Assembly (NCBI RefSeq): GCF_001194135.2
Contig: NC_068984.1
Coordinates: 104,374,343 to 104,438,342 of the forward strand
Source: Octopus bimaculoides
Lineage: Eukaryota
Direction: 5' to 3'
Length of the DNA stretch: 64,000 nt
Numbering within the stretch: position 1 is the stretch's first letter; every line of letters begins with the position of its first letter. A program made the translations under genes and the position numbers. Below the pieces are notes generated by a model, which saw only the letters and a list, made by a program, of their open reading frames with translations, was not told the origin of the DNA and ran no database searches. Positions 49,334 through 62,392 of this stretch are shown here, one piece after another.

Positions 49334-49771
49334 CTGTTCATGGGTGTTGTGAGCTATACAATGCTGTATATAAGCGTTTCTGTTTGAAATGTATAATACA
49401 CCAATGTTCTTGAAGTTTGTAGAAGCTGTTATATTTATGGTTAAAAAAAATTCAATATCCAACTTAAGTCTCCTTCAGTTGAACTTTGGTTCAACTTTAC
49501 TCATTGCAGTGGGTTGAGATAATTCTGTCATTTGTTGTGTAATTCTGAAATCTTATAGTATCTCCCGCATGCATGTGAACAAACATGCATACATACACAC
49601 ATATATAATTATATATGGCCATATATACACATACATAGGTTCTACTTCCCAATGCGCTATGACATTGTCACTAATACAATATGCAAATGCCATCCAATAA
49701 AATGACTGTCCTGTGATAAATATAGAAAACCATCCTTTACTGAATACATAAATAACCATCAACACAAGGAA

Positions 49772-50390
49772 TACAGGTGAACATTCCCATCAAGAGTAAA
49801 CATAACAAGTCAGATATAGTTATTTGGGACAAATAAGAAAAAGTATGTATTGTCATAGAAATCACTTGCCCTGCTGATATTAATATGTCTTCAAAAATCA
49901 AAGAGAAAAAGGTTAACTACAGACAATTTCTTCAAAGCTATCAGCCGCTATACCAAGATTATAAATTCACATTTATATCAGTAATAATTGATACACTTTG
50001 CTTTGTTAGTAAATGCCTAAGAGGCAATTTGGAAAAGCTAATGTTTTCAGAAAAAGAAGTCAATCAGCTAACCATTACAGGTATAATTTGTAAGTGGAAC
50101 AGTGAAAATATAAGACTTTTCTCAAGTTGGACATGCGACATTGCTTTTGTTATTTATATTCCAGTGATAGAGTTTTTTTTAATTTTTGTAAGAAATCAGC
50201 TCCTTTCTTGCAGGAAGACTTCAGATAATTGAAACAGAAGAGAACTTACAAACATCTGTCTGTCTGCATACACGAGCAAAGCCAGGATTTTCAAGCAAAG
50301 AAAGTGACTGACTGACAAACTTTACAGTTACAATCTGTAAGTGGAACAGTAAAAATATGCAAGACTTTCTTGAAGTTCAATATATAACAA
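49772..50390 (+). mobile_element. REL-endonuclease retrotransposon fragment with duplicated 3' segment
   Basis: KHNKSDIVIWDK*EKVCIVIEITCPADINMSSKIKEK...FTFISVIIDTL; the tgtaagtggaacagt(g/a)aaaatat block occurs twice. Confidence 0.7.
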
Positions 50391-50565
50391 TTACCATTGC
50401 TATTCAAACTCCTATGATAGAGCTTTTATTTCTTTGTTAGAAACCAGCACCCTCATTCTAGAAAGAATATTAATAAGTAAATACATACTCACACACATTA
50501 TCTCTCTCCCTCTCTCTCTCTCTCTTTGTGTGTGTGTGTGTGTGTGTATATATGTATATATATAT

Positions 50566-50730
50566 AGGCGTAGGAGTGGCTGTGTGGTAAGTAGCTTGCT
50601 TACGAACCACATGGTTCCAGGTTCAGTCCCACTGCGTGGCACCTTGGGCAAGTGTCTTCTACTATAGCCTCGGGCCGACGAAAGCCTTGTGAGTGGATTT
50701 GGTAGATGGAAACTGAAAGAAGCCCGTCGT
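50566..50730 (+). mobile_element. SINE family A, 5' half before N-gap
   Basis: Near-consensus head and body. Confidence 0.9.
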
Positions 50731-50731
50731 A

Positions 50732-50766
<35 letters not shown>

Positions 50767-52679
50767 NNNNNNNNNNNNNNNNNNNNNNNNNNNNNNNNNN
50801 NNNNNNNNNNNNNNNNNNNNNNNNNNNNNNNNNNNNNNNNNNNNNNNNNNNNNNNNNNNNNNNNNNNNNNNNNNNNNNNNNNNNNNNNNNNNNNNNNNNN
50901 NNNNNNNNNNNNNNNNNNNNNNNNNNNNNNNNNNNNNNNNNNNNNNNNNNNNNNNNNNNNNNNNNNNNNNNNNNNNNNNNNNNNNNNNNNNNNNNNNNNN
51001 NNNNNNNNNNNNNNNNNNNNNNNNNNNNNNNNNNNNNNNNNNNNNNNNNNNNNNNNNNNNNNNNNNNNNNNNNNNNNNNNNNNNNNNNNNNNNNNNNNNN
51101 NNNNNNNNNNNNNNNNNNNNNNNNNNNNNNNNNNNNNNNNNNNNNNNNNNNNNNNNNNNNNNNNNNNNNNNNNNNNNNNNNNNNNNNNNNNNNNNNNNNN
51201 NNNNNNNNNNNNNNNNNNNNNNNNNNNNNNNNNNNNNNNNNNNNNNNNNNNNNNNNNNNNNNNNNNNNNNNNNNNNNNNNNNNNNNNNNNNNNNNNNNNN
51301 NNNNNNNNNNNNNNNNNNNNNNNNNNNNNNNNNNNNNNNNNNNNNNNNNNNNNNNNNNNNNNNNNNNNNNNNNNNNNNNNNNNNNNNNNNNNNNNNNNNN
51401 NNNNNNNNNNNNNNNNNNNNNNNNNNNNNNNNNNNNNNNNNNNNNNNNNNNNNNNNNNNNNNNNNNNNNNNNNNNNNNNNNNNNNNNNNNNNNNNNNNNN
51501 NNNNNNNNNNNNNNNNNNNNNNNNNNNNNNNNNNNNNNNNNNNNNNNNNNNNNNNNNNNNNNNNNNNNNNNNNNNNNNNNNNNNNNNNNNNNNNNNNNNN
51601 NNNNNNNNNNNNNNNNNNNNNNNNNNNNNNNNNNNNNNNNNNNNNNNNNNNNNNNNNNNNNNNNNNNNNNNNNNNNNNNNNNNNNNNNNNNNNNNNNNNN
51701 NNNNNNNNNNNNNNNNNNNNNNNNNNNNNNNNNNNNNNNNNNNNTATATATATATATATATTTCCAGCTTCCCCATGCAAGCATAGAAAAGTATACATTA
51801 AAATGATGGTGATGATGATGATAATGATAAGATGATGATGGTGATGATGATGATAATGATAAGATGATGATGGTGATGATGATGATAGTGATTATGATTA
51901 TATACATATATAATTTTTACATTTTAGAACCAAATAGAGATTTCAGAAGCAAACATGTCACAGTCTAGAGGAAATGTCTTAATATAATTTAATATTCTTT
52001 ATTTTAACTTGTAAAAGCAAAGATTTTAATTGGATCTTTTCTTAAGTGTTAGTTTATGAGATATATTCCTTAAAAAAATAATTATTATATCTTTTGAAGT
52101 TATCATTTAGTATAAATATTCTGAACATACATTTAATTTGATAAAAGTCATTAATTTAACATAGTTGAAATAGTTGAGAATATTTCCTCACTTTCTTCCT
52201 CCTTCCCTAGTGAATTTGAAATTTATTCTGATACTAATACAAAATTTTATAGATATAAACATAATTAAACTTCATATAAATTTCATTTAACAGATTTTTG
52301 TTTGTTTATCTTGAAAATTCATGTGGTTATTTCAACTTTAAACATGAAGCAGGTTTCTCAATTTACACAACAATTATTTCAGAAATATAAACAGTTCTTG
52401 AGAAGCTGTTTACATTTCTGAAATGATTGTTGTGTAAACCCATTGAAAGTAAGGCATTCATGCTTTCATAAATATTATAGATATGTATGAATTATTTATT
52501 TAATATATTCTCTGTAGTAATTTGCAAAAGTACTCTTTAAAGCCTTCATAATGGGTCTTGAGAGTTCTTCAGATTTCAGGATTTTTAAGAAGGTCATGAC
52601 ATTTACTGAATTGAACCAAATTTCGAAATAAAACACAGCAGCAGCAATAAGTATTAACAATGATAATGGTTTCGTCTTT

Positions 52680-53038
52680 TGTACAAGATTAGCAATTTTA
52701 GGGGTTAGTGGGTAAGTCAGTTACAGCAACTTCAGTGCTCTACTGATACATATTTTATCAGCCCCAAAAGGATGACAGGCAAATTGACCTCAGCAGAATT
52801 TGAACTCAGACTCATAGTAGGTGCATTAGGTATGATAAAAAAATATTCAGACAAATACATAACAAAAACACCAGGACTTACAAGTATATATAACATACAG
52901 AAAATTGCACTATTGAGCACTGCACACATCCTACGCAAAACACTTTCAATACAGTAACCATAAGGGCATCACAGCAAACCACAGCACACAGAGCTGCGGT
53001 CGGTAGTGAAGTGAAAGCATGTTATAAAAATTAAACTA

Positions 53039-53075
<37 letters not shown>

Positions 53076-53990
53076 GTATCTCAACAAGTGATTGCAACAA
53101 ACATGCAGGTTAAAAGTAAATAACAATAATAATCTTGTCCACGAAATTTTGGCACAAGGCCAGCAGTTTTAAGGGGATGGGGTTTGTTGATACCACTAAC
53201 TCCAGTACTTGACTGGTACTTTATTTTATCAACCCTGAAAGAATGAAAAGCAAAGTTGACCTTGGCAGGATTTGAACTCAAAATGTAAGGAGTTAGAAGA
53301 AATGCTGCTTAGCATTTTGTTCACTGTTCAGATGTTCACTGGTACATAAGTTTATCAAACATGAAAGGATAAAAGACAAAGTTGACCATGGAAGTATTGG
53401 AACACAGAGCTTAAAGATTTGGAAGAAATAACTCAATGAATTTTTTGTAATGTTCTAATGATTTTACCATCCATCATCCCAATGACGATGATGATGATGA
53501 TGATAATTGTTTAAAATTTTGGTACAAGGTCAGCAAATTCAGGTGGAGAAAGTTAGTCGATTACATCAGTTGAAGTACCTGACTAGTACTTTATTTTATC
53601 AACCTAGAAAGGATGAAAGACAAAGTTGACCTTAGTGAGATTTGGACTCAGAATGTAAAGAGTTGGAAGAAATACCATTAAGCGTTTTATCTGATGGGCT
53701 AATGATTCTTTCAGCATTCTACCATAATAACGATAATGATGATGTTGGTGATGAAAATAATGATGATTATAATAATAACAAAATTAATGGTTCTAAATTT
53801 CGACACAAGACCAGCAATTTTGGGTTTACATCAACCTCAGTGCTCAACTGGTACTTATTTCATTGACCCCCAAAAAGATGAAAAACAAAGTCAACATTAG
53901 CAGAATTTGAACTCAGAATGTAAAGAAGGACAGAATGCCACTAAGCATTTTGCCTGGCATGCTAACAATTCTGCCAGCTCACCACCTTAA
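52680..53990 (-). mobile_element. Cluster of about five SINE family B copies separated by (AAT)n/(GAT)n
   Basis: Repeated gaaaggatgaaagnnaaagttgacct...tttgaactcagaatgtaaag near 52760, 53240, 53380, 53620 and 53890. Confidence 0.8.
52811..53042 (+). mobile_element. Third R4/Dong-type 3' end
   Basis: IVGALGMIKK...IQKIALLSTAHILRKTLSIQ*, then a different 3' UTR and (AAT)n. Confidence 0.8.
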
Positions 53991-53995
53991 TGATA

Positions 53996-54071
<76 letters not shown>

Positions 54072-54081
54072 TGATGATGAT

Positions 54082-54920
54082 GTCCATGTAGCCATAACAG
54101 AAATTGCTGGAAAAAATAATTGGGATTGGCTGATGAAAGGAAACTTAAAAAAAGAGACTGAGAGCACTATACTGGCAGTGCAGGACCAAGCACTGGCCAT
54201 GAACTGGAGAGTCAACCTGAGGAATGAGCAAGTGTCTACGCTGTGCCACATCTGCAATAGAATGGATGAAGCCATTGCCCATATCATAAACGAATGCCCT
54301 AGACTTGCCTAAAACCACTACACGTTGTGGTAACACGACCAAGTAGCGAAAGTGTTTCATTGGAAACTGTGCAAAAAGTGGGGGGGGGGGCTAGCTAGAG
54401 ACAAAATATGGTATGAGCACAAACCACAGAGGGTGACAGAGTCAGAGTTTAGCAAAATCCTCTGGGATTTCCCGATCCAAACAGATCAGGTGCTAGAGCA
54501 TAACAGACTGGACCTAATGGTGGTGGGCAAGGTGCACTGCATATGCTATAAAGTTGATGTTGCATGCCCCTTTGACCCACGAATAGTCAAGAAGGAAAGT
54601 GAAAAGATAGATAGATACAACCCTCTTAAGTGCGAAATAGCCTGGCTGTGGAAAATGAAGAAGGTGAAGATAGTGCCAATTATTTTTGGGTCCTTGGGAA
54701 CAAGTATCAAAAGGTATCAAGAGGAATATAAAGGAAATTGGAATAGAGTGCCCAGTAGAACTGTTACAAAAGGTTTGCCTCCTTGGCATGGCCTGAATAA
54801 TCAGGAAAGTATTAGATATCTGAAAAGAATGCATAACATGGTACTGTAGGCTGCAGGTAGCAAGCCCACTACGCGTGCAAGACTCCAGGAGCTCCAACAA
54901 AATCTGTGATAAAGAAAAAA
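54082..54920 (+). mobile_element. R4/Dong-clade non-LTR retrotransposon 3' portion (CCHC knuckle and REL endonuclease)
   Basis: LKKETESTILAVQDQAL, CHIC...EAIAHIINEC, KILWDFPIQTD...HNRLDLMVV...DVACP...EKIDRY...VPIIFGSLG; stops and frameshift; flanked by (AAT)n and (ACT)n. Confidence 0.88.
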
Positions 54921-54948
54921 TATTGATGATAATACTACTACTACTACC

Positions 54949-55021
<73 letters not shown>

Positions 55022-55061
55022 ATAATAATAATAATAATAATAATAACAATAATAATAATAA

Positions 55062-56100
55062 TATGAAAACCTCTGAGGACTGGATGCTAAAACTTGTCTT
55101 AAAATATGAAAGCAAGAAAGCATCTTACTCAGTAACAAAACAGGCAAAGGAATATCTAAGTGAATTCCAATTGCAACAAATTCAAGAATTAGACGAACTA
55201 GAAACACCTACAGNNNNNNNNNNNNNNNNNNNNNNNNNNNNNNNNNNNNNNNNNNNNNNNNNNNNNNNNNNNNNNNNNNNNNNNNNNNNNNNNNNNNNNN
55301 NNNNNNNNNNNNNNNNNNNNNNNNNNNNNNNNNNNNNNNNNNNNNNNNNNNNNNNNNNNNNNNNNNNNNNNNNNNNNNNNNNNNNNNNNNNNNNNNNNNN
55401 NNNNNNNNNNNNNNNNNNNNNNNNNNNNNNNNNNNNNNNNNNNNNNNNNNNNNNNNNNNNNNNNNNNNNNNNNNNNNNNNNNNNNNNNNNNNNNNNNNNN
55501 NNNNNNNNNNNNNNNNNNNNNNNNNNNNNNNNNNNNNNNNNNNNNNNNNNNNNNNNNNNNNNNNNNNNNNNNNNNNNNNNNNNNNNNNNNNNNNNNNNNN
55601 NNNNNNNNNNNNNNNNNNNNNNNNNNNNNNNNNNNNNNNNNNNNNNNNNNNNNNNNNNNNNNNNNNNNNNNNNNNNNNNNNNNNNNNNNNNNNNNNNNNN
55701 NNNNNNNNNNNNNNNNNNNNNNNNNNNNNNNNNNNNNNNNNNNNNNNNNNNNNNNNNNNNNNNNNNNNNNNNNNNNNNNNNNNNNNNNNNNNNNNNNNNN
55801 NNNNNNNNNNNNNNNNNNNNNNNNNNNNNNNNNNNNNNNNNNNNNNNNNNNNNNNNNNNNNNNNNNGCTCATGGGGACTGCCCATATCCTACGTAAAATA
55901 CTGTCTATGTGATCTCAAATTTTAAAGCAAACATAATTTTCTTATGGTTTCTTAAACATTCACTTGGACAAAACTGTACAAATCCAAATATATGGTACCC
56001 TAGGCATAACACCTACATGAACTTCTAACTTGTTGTCTCTTGAGGTCTCTGGGTGAGACTTGGATCCAACTTGTACAAATGCAAAACAAAAGTCAAACAT
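55062..56100 (+). mobile_element. Second R4/Dong-type element, mostly in gap
   Basis: MKTSEDWMLKLVLKYE...; after the gap LMGTAHILRKILSM*, 3' UTR, then (AAT)n. Confidence 0.75.
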
Positions 56101-56127
56101 AAAATAATAATAATAATAATAATAATG

Positions 56128-56158
<31 letters not shown>

Positions 56159-56169
56159 TAATAATAATC

Positions 56170-56380
56170 CTTTCTACTGGAGGCACAAGGTTTCAAATTT
56201 GGTGGGAGGGGACTTGTTGATTACATCGTTCCAAGTGTTTCACTGGTTCTTAATTTATCGGCCCCAAAAGGATGAAATGCAAAGTCAACCTCGGTGGAAT
56301 TTGAACTCAGAATGGAGCAATGGGCAAAATACTGCTAAGCATTTCATCCAGAATGCTGATGATTCTGCCAGCTTGCCACC

Positions 56381-56385
<5 letters not shown>
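56170..56385 (-). mobile_element. SINE family B, full length, between (AAT)n tracts
   Basis: Minus-strand head ggtggcaagctggcagaatc...ttctgagttcaaattccacc; ends ...gtagaaaggattatt. Confidence 0.8.
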
Positions 56386-56437
<52 letters not shown>

Positions 56438-57314
56438 TACTGATAATCATTTTACTTCACTTCTTTCACAGTTGCTTATAAAATTTATCAAGGTAATGTT
56501 AAATACAAGATTAATTAAAAAAATACTATTCTTCTAAGTAATTAAGCATTATTTGGAACAAGCACAATTTGTTTGTTTTTTTCTTCCAGACAAGAAACAG
56601 CTGTATCATCATCAGCAACTCTTCCTGAATATGCAGCTGTTATTTATAATTATCACTTAATGAATTCGGGAGAAATTTCTGGTTACATTCCTGGGATCCA
56701 CCTCTATTTATTGCAGTCTACTCTAATTTATTGTGATTAATTAATTTTTTCTTCTTGGCTTATTTGTAATCAATTACCTTTAAGTTTGCTAGTGATAAGG
56801 AAGATGGTATTTTATTAAAAATAATATCGGTGTCAGTAGGGTTGTGTGGTTAAAGTAGTTTATTTACAATCACATGGGCAAACATCTTCTGTAAATAGTC
56901 CTGAGTCTACCATCGCTTTTTGAATGAGTATGGTAGGTGAAAACAGTGGAAACTTGTTTTACAAACATTCATACACACATACATACATATATAAGAGAAA
57001 TAAGGATAAACACAAGTTTATATTATAGTTCCTATTTGTGTTTAACTGTTATAGTTGTTTGGAGCCCTGCAATAGGTATTCCAAGTGCACTTAGATGTTC
57101 AACCACAATGGATCATCAGGGAACACTTTATTGCCTTAAGATAAAGATAACTACGCACACACACACACACACAAATATATATATTTACATACATGCATAA
57201 CATACATGTATTTGTGTATATATATACATATACATATGTATACACACACACACACACGTATATATTTGTATATGTGTATATGAATGTGTGTGCATGAATA
57301 TATGCATATATATA

Positions 57315-58583
57315 TTGGGCCATCCTATAAATAATGCGGTTTTTTTCCATTGCATGAACTAAAAGTTGGAAGGGGATGGGACAAACTACCTGCATCAACT
57401 TGCTATAAAAGTAGGTAGTAATTTTCCCTTTTACTTATTCTTAGTGCAAGTTTTGAAGAGTGCAGTTCGATTTTAAGAGTTATTTTTTCAAAGCTATAAG
57501 GACAAAGGAGCATATTTGGCATATTTTGCTTTATGAGTTCAATAAAGGCAATGGAAAGTGAAAGGAATATTAATGCAGTAATATGGGGATTGGACAATAA
57601 GCATAAGCCACTGTCAACAGTGGTTTCAGAAATTCTGAGCCGGAAACTACAGCCTAGAAGATGAGCCTCATCCTGGAAGATCTGTAGAGCTTGATGAGGA
57701 CATCCTGCAAACTCTGGTGGAACAAAATCCCATTGTAACTGTTGGGGAACTAGCAGAGAAGCTTGGATTTGGTCATTCAACCATTCATCAACACCTGTGT
57801 GCTATCGGAAAAGTCAGAAAATTGGGTCAATGGGTTCCTCACAAACTTTCTGAGTCTAATCGCATGCAGAGAGTAAATGTGTTCTCTTCTTTGCTGTCAC
57901 ATTTCACGAATGAACCTTTTTTGGACCAAATAGTGACTGGTGATGAGAAATGGGTTCTCTATAAAAATGTCAAGGGCCAAAGACAGTAGGTAGGAAAAGG
58001 AGAAACACAGGCATCCCAGGCTAAAGAAGATCTTCACCCACGTAAGATGTTATCTGTTTGGTGAGATATGAAAGGTTTAGTCCATTTTGAACCTTTAAAC
58101 TCAAACCAAATGATAACAAAAGAGATCTACTGGGGGCAGTTTGAGCAGCTTAAGTCAGTGCTAAAAGAAAAATGATCATTTTTGGTTTTAAGGATGAAAG
58201 GTGTCCTTCCATCAGGATAATGCTAGGCCACATACAGTGAAGATGACATTCTAAAGGTTGGAGAAGTGTGAATGGGAAACGATGTCCCACCCACCGTATT
58301 CACCAGACATTGCTCCATATGATTATCATTTATTCTGCAGTCTTCAAAATCATTTGGAAGGAAAAAATATGAACTCTGTAGACAAGGTCAGAACAGTACT
58401 GGAGGAGTATTTTTCATAATGGACAAGTGAATTTTGGAAGATGGGTCTTGCAAATCTACCAGATAGATGGAAGAGTATTGTATAAAATGAAGGAGAGTAT
58501 ATTTTAGATTAAAAAAGAACTTTGTTTGTCTTAATTTTGAAAAATAAAAGAAGTTTAAAAAAAACTGCATTATTTATGGGATG

Positions 58584-58589
<6 letters not shown>
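57315..58589 (+). mobile_element. Full-length mariner (DD34D) fossil, 1275 bp, second subfamily
   Basis: TA-flanked TIRs ttgggccatcctataaataatgcggtttttt / aaaaaactgcattatttatgggatgacccta. Motifs WVPHKL, TGDEKWVLY, HQDNARPH, HPPYSPDIAPYDYHLF; multiple stops. Confidence 0.93.
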
Positions 58590-58639
<50 letters not shown>

Positions 58640-59546
58640 GAAAATCGGTGTGTGTTTGTTTGCAGCGTTGTTAGCTAACTCCTTCTACATTGTTTTATTG
58701 ATTTTGATGAAACTTAACATGTGAGTAGTACTCATGTTTGGAAACCTTGTGACATACTTAGATTGTTGACAAAACCGATAATATGGCCCCTGGAAGGGAC
58801 CTTTATTTCTACTTTATAGAGCTAATTTGATTTTAAACACCCAAGGGAAATAACCCATAGCACCTGTAGAAAATTTTTTTAAACACTCAAGGGAAATAAC
58901 CCATTTTCTTGTTTATGTTTGATTACTTTGAATATTGATGTTTGAATATTGATTTGATATTTCTGCTGTTTGCAGACAATATCACTTTTATACTTTATCT
59001 GACACGTGAGTAGAACTCGTGTCTGGAAACCTTGTGACATACTTAGATTGTTGAAAAAAATCAATAATAGGTCCTTCCAATGGGTCCTTCTCTCTACTAC
59101 ATTTTACTAATATTTTATTTAAACAACCCAAGGGAAATAACCTATACCACCTGCAGATTTTAGCAAAGCGCTCAATATTTGATTCTCACGATTAGCTGAC
59201 CTAATTCTGCATTTCACTACTCAGAGTTTTTAACTGCTAAACATTATTATTTCACTTCCTTAATTTGAATCTTAAACATTAAAGACTTCATTCATACATT
59301 TCTATACATACATACTTTTTTGAATGCTCATTACTCTGATAATTTCCTTGACGGTAGATAAATTTTTTATTTCACAACGTATTTGTTGTGGGTTCATGCA
59401 GGCATAGCATGGATTCGATCCTCGATTGTCAAATTTCACTTAACACTTCAACAACACTTTTCTCACGGTAAAACAATAGTTTTTCTGTGAATGACAGCAG
59501 TTATACATTTTCCAAATGACTTCGCTAAGCAGAACAATGTCTTTGC

Positions 59547-59638
59547 CTCTCGCCAACCTCTGACAACCTCTCTCACCAACCTCCGACAATCTTTCTCGCC
59601 AACCTCCGAAAACCTCTCTCGCCAAACTCCAACAATCT
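59547..59638. repeat. 23-bp minisatellite, 4 copies (ctctcgccaacctccgacaacct)
   Basis: Direct inspection. Confidence 0.9.
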
Positions 59639-60107
59639 CTCCCTCCTCCCGTTGACAGTTTTTAGTACTTTTTTGTGATGGAAAATACACCTTTTGTAGC
59701 AGTCATAACGAAATTTCTTTCTTATATCAGAGTAATAAGGTGTTTCAATAGAACATCTTTACCCCCGGGGAATTACCAGGTACACTTTCGTTTTCCTGTC
59801 ATGTTTTCTGTTCGCCACTATATTCCTCCGCATTACAAATTTAATTTGTTTCTGTAGGAAGAGCCATTCTAACAATGTGTCCTGCCCTAACTCTTTGAAG
59901 CGCTTAATTTTAGAATGGTGGCAGCTGATGAAGGAAATGTTCTCCATGTAGCCTGTGTGTTTTCTGTGCTCTGTTTATGTTCTGTTTTTCATTTTGTCCA
60001 TGTTTTTTCTGTGACGTCCTGTACCCAGATATGCATTTATATATACATGTAGATGTAGGTATGTACATACATGTATGTATATATGCATATACTCACATAT
60101 TATTTGT

Positions 60108-60171
<64 letters not shown>

Positions 60172-60929
60172 GATGTGTGTATGTGTTTGTTCTTATACTG
60201 TTTGACAATCAATGCTCATATTCCCATAACTTAGTGGATAGGCAAAAAGAGTTCAATAGAATAAGTACCAGACTTAAAAAAATAGTACAAGGTGTTGATT
60301 TGCTTAATTAATCTTCGAAGGCAGAGCATCAGCAATGCCACAGTCCAATGACTGAGTCAAGTAAAAGAGTTAAATTGTATCTATTTAAAACAATGAAAAA
60401 ACATAAATAGATGTATTCATATGTATTCAGCTTATATACATATTATTAATGCTATTCTAACAACATTGCATATATACAATGTACACAGTGATGTGATCAG
60501 TTATGAAGTTAATCATTTTGAGACTAATTGGATTAATAAATAGACTGGCTAGCATTTTTATAATTAATTTTTCACTATAACGATGACTATGGAATGATTA
60601 AGTAAAATATCTCTAACCTTATATGTTAACTAGAGTGTTACCTGCCATATACTGGGTAACTTTGGAAGCATATTTTGCTACCATAGGTAACATCGGAAAA
60701 TGTAGCATACATACAATAATTATCAATTAACTTTCATCAAAATTCTTGGTGCTTATACAAAATCATGAAATGAATACCAATTTTGAAAAGAAAAATATTT
60801 ATTATTATTACCTTAAAATATAATTAAATTAAACAAATTTCTCATTTGTATATTTGCAACAGACATACATTTATCCAAAATAAATCATATCCGTTAATTC
60901 CACCAGTTGGATTTAAACACTAAATCAAA

Positions 60930-61875
60930 TGTAATCTACATTGTCAATATTGTCTAAAACAAAACATGTTCAGTATTTCTGCTGTTTGGCTTGAAAGACC
61001 AAAATAGCTGTTATTTATATTTTCAAGATTGTCCAAAACAAAACATGTCCATTACTTCAAACTGATCTCTTTAAAGACCAAATTCTATGTCATCTACATT
61101 ATCAACATTGTCCAAAACCATACATATGTCTATTACTTCTACTCATTGGCTTTAAAGACCAAATCCACCACATTCTATATTATCGACTTTGTCCAAGCCA
61201 AAACATGTCCGTTAGTTCAACCAGTTGTCTATAAAGACCAAATGCATTGTATTCTACATAGTCAAAATTATCTGTATGCAATGTATGTAATTGTATGTAA
61301 TGTATACTAGATATGTATTACTTCTACTAGTTGTCTTTAAAGATGAAAATCATTGTAACCTACATCATCCAAAGCAAAACATTATCCAAAACAAAACATA
61401 TCTGTGACTGCCACCATTTGTTTTGTAAGATGAAGATTGCTGATATCTACTTTGTTGATGCTGTCATCCACCTATCCACTCAAGAAAAACAACCAACCAA
61501 GCAAACAAACATGTTTTTCCATCTATTGGCTTTAAACATCATTTCACTGTAATCTACATTGTTGATATTGTCCAAAACCGAACATGTCCATTACTTCAAA
61601 TAGTTTGCTCTAAAACCAAGTCCTCTTGTATCCATTGTCAACAGTGTCCAAAGTAAAACATGTTCATTCCTTACACCAGTTGGCTTTGAAACAAAATTCA
61701 CTGCAATCTACAAAGTTAATATTGTCCAAAACCAATTGTGTGTTTTTTCCACTAATTGTCTTTAAAGACCCAATCTACTGTAATGTACATTGTCAAAAAT
61801 GTCTACAATGGAACATGTCTATTACTTCCATGAGTTGTTAAAACACAAATCCATTGTAATTCACAGTATCAATCG
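60930..61875. repeat. Degenerate satellite, about 78-80-bp unit, roughly 11-12 copies
   Basis: Recurring tctacattgtcaanattgtccaaaacnaaacatgtc...ttaaagaccaaat. Confidence 0.8.
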
Positions 61876-61974
61876 AGACTGTCCATGAAGTTGAATCAGT
61901 TGATTTGATTAGAGTTATCTACTTTGTATCTTGTTTTTAGATATGAAACAGCTACCTTTACACATTCTCTTTTT

Positions 61975-62392
61975 CTTTTACTTGTTTCAGTAATTTGACC
62001 GTGGCCATGCTGGAGCACCACCTTGAAGGGTTTTAGTTGAACAAATTAGCCCTAGGACTTATTTTTTAAACCTAGTGTTTATTCTATCAGTCTCTTTTGC
62101 GAACTGCTAAATTACAGGGATGTAAACACATCAACACCGTTTGTCAAGCAGTGATGGGNNNNNNNNNNNNNNNNNNNNNNNNNNNNNGGGGGGGGGGGGA
62201 CAAACAGGCACAAAGACACACACACATAAATACAGACAAATATATATCTATGACAAACTTCTTTCAGTTTTTGTCTACCATATCCACTCAAAGCTTTGGT
62301 TGACCCGAGGCTATAGTAGAAGACATGCAGTGGGATAGAGTCTGGAACCATGTGGTTGGGAAGCAAGCTTCTTACCACACAGCCACACTTGT
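61975..62392 (-). mobile_element. SINE family A
   Basis: Reverse-complement match; small gap inside. Confidence 0.8.

Noticed and set aside
52534-52605. Candidate upstream exon NVMTFLKILKSEELSRPIMKALK (phase 1-1, minus strand)
   Set aside because: Phase-compatible with the 49333 acceptor and protein-like, but the donor (gtactt) is weak; left unresolved without RNA data.
56560-56640. Protein-like stretch AYSGRVADDDTAVSCLEEKNKQI (minus), with an exon-like signal on plus as well
   Set aside because: Weak donor and incompatible phase; cannot choose a strand.
60930-61875. CRISPR-like periodicity
   Set aside because: Eukaryotic context, no invariant repeat with unique spacers, and no cas genes.
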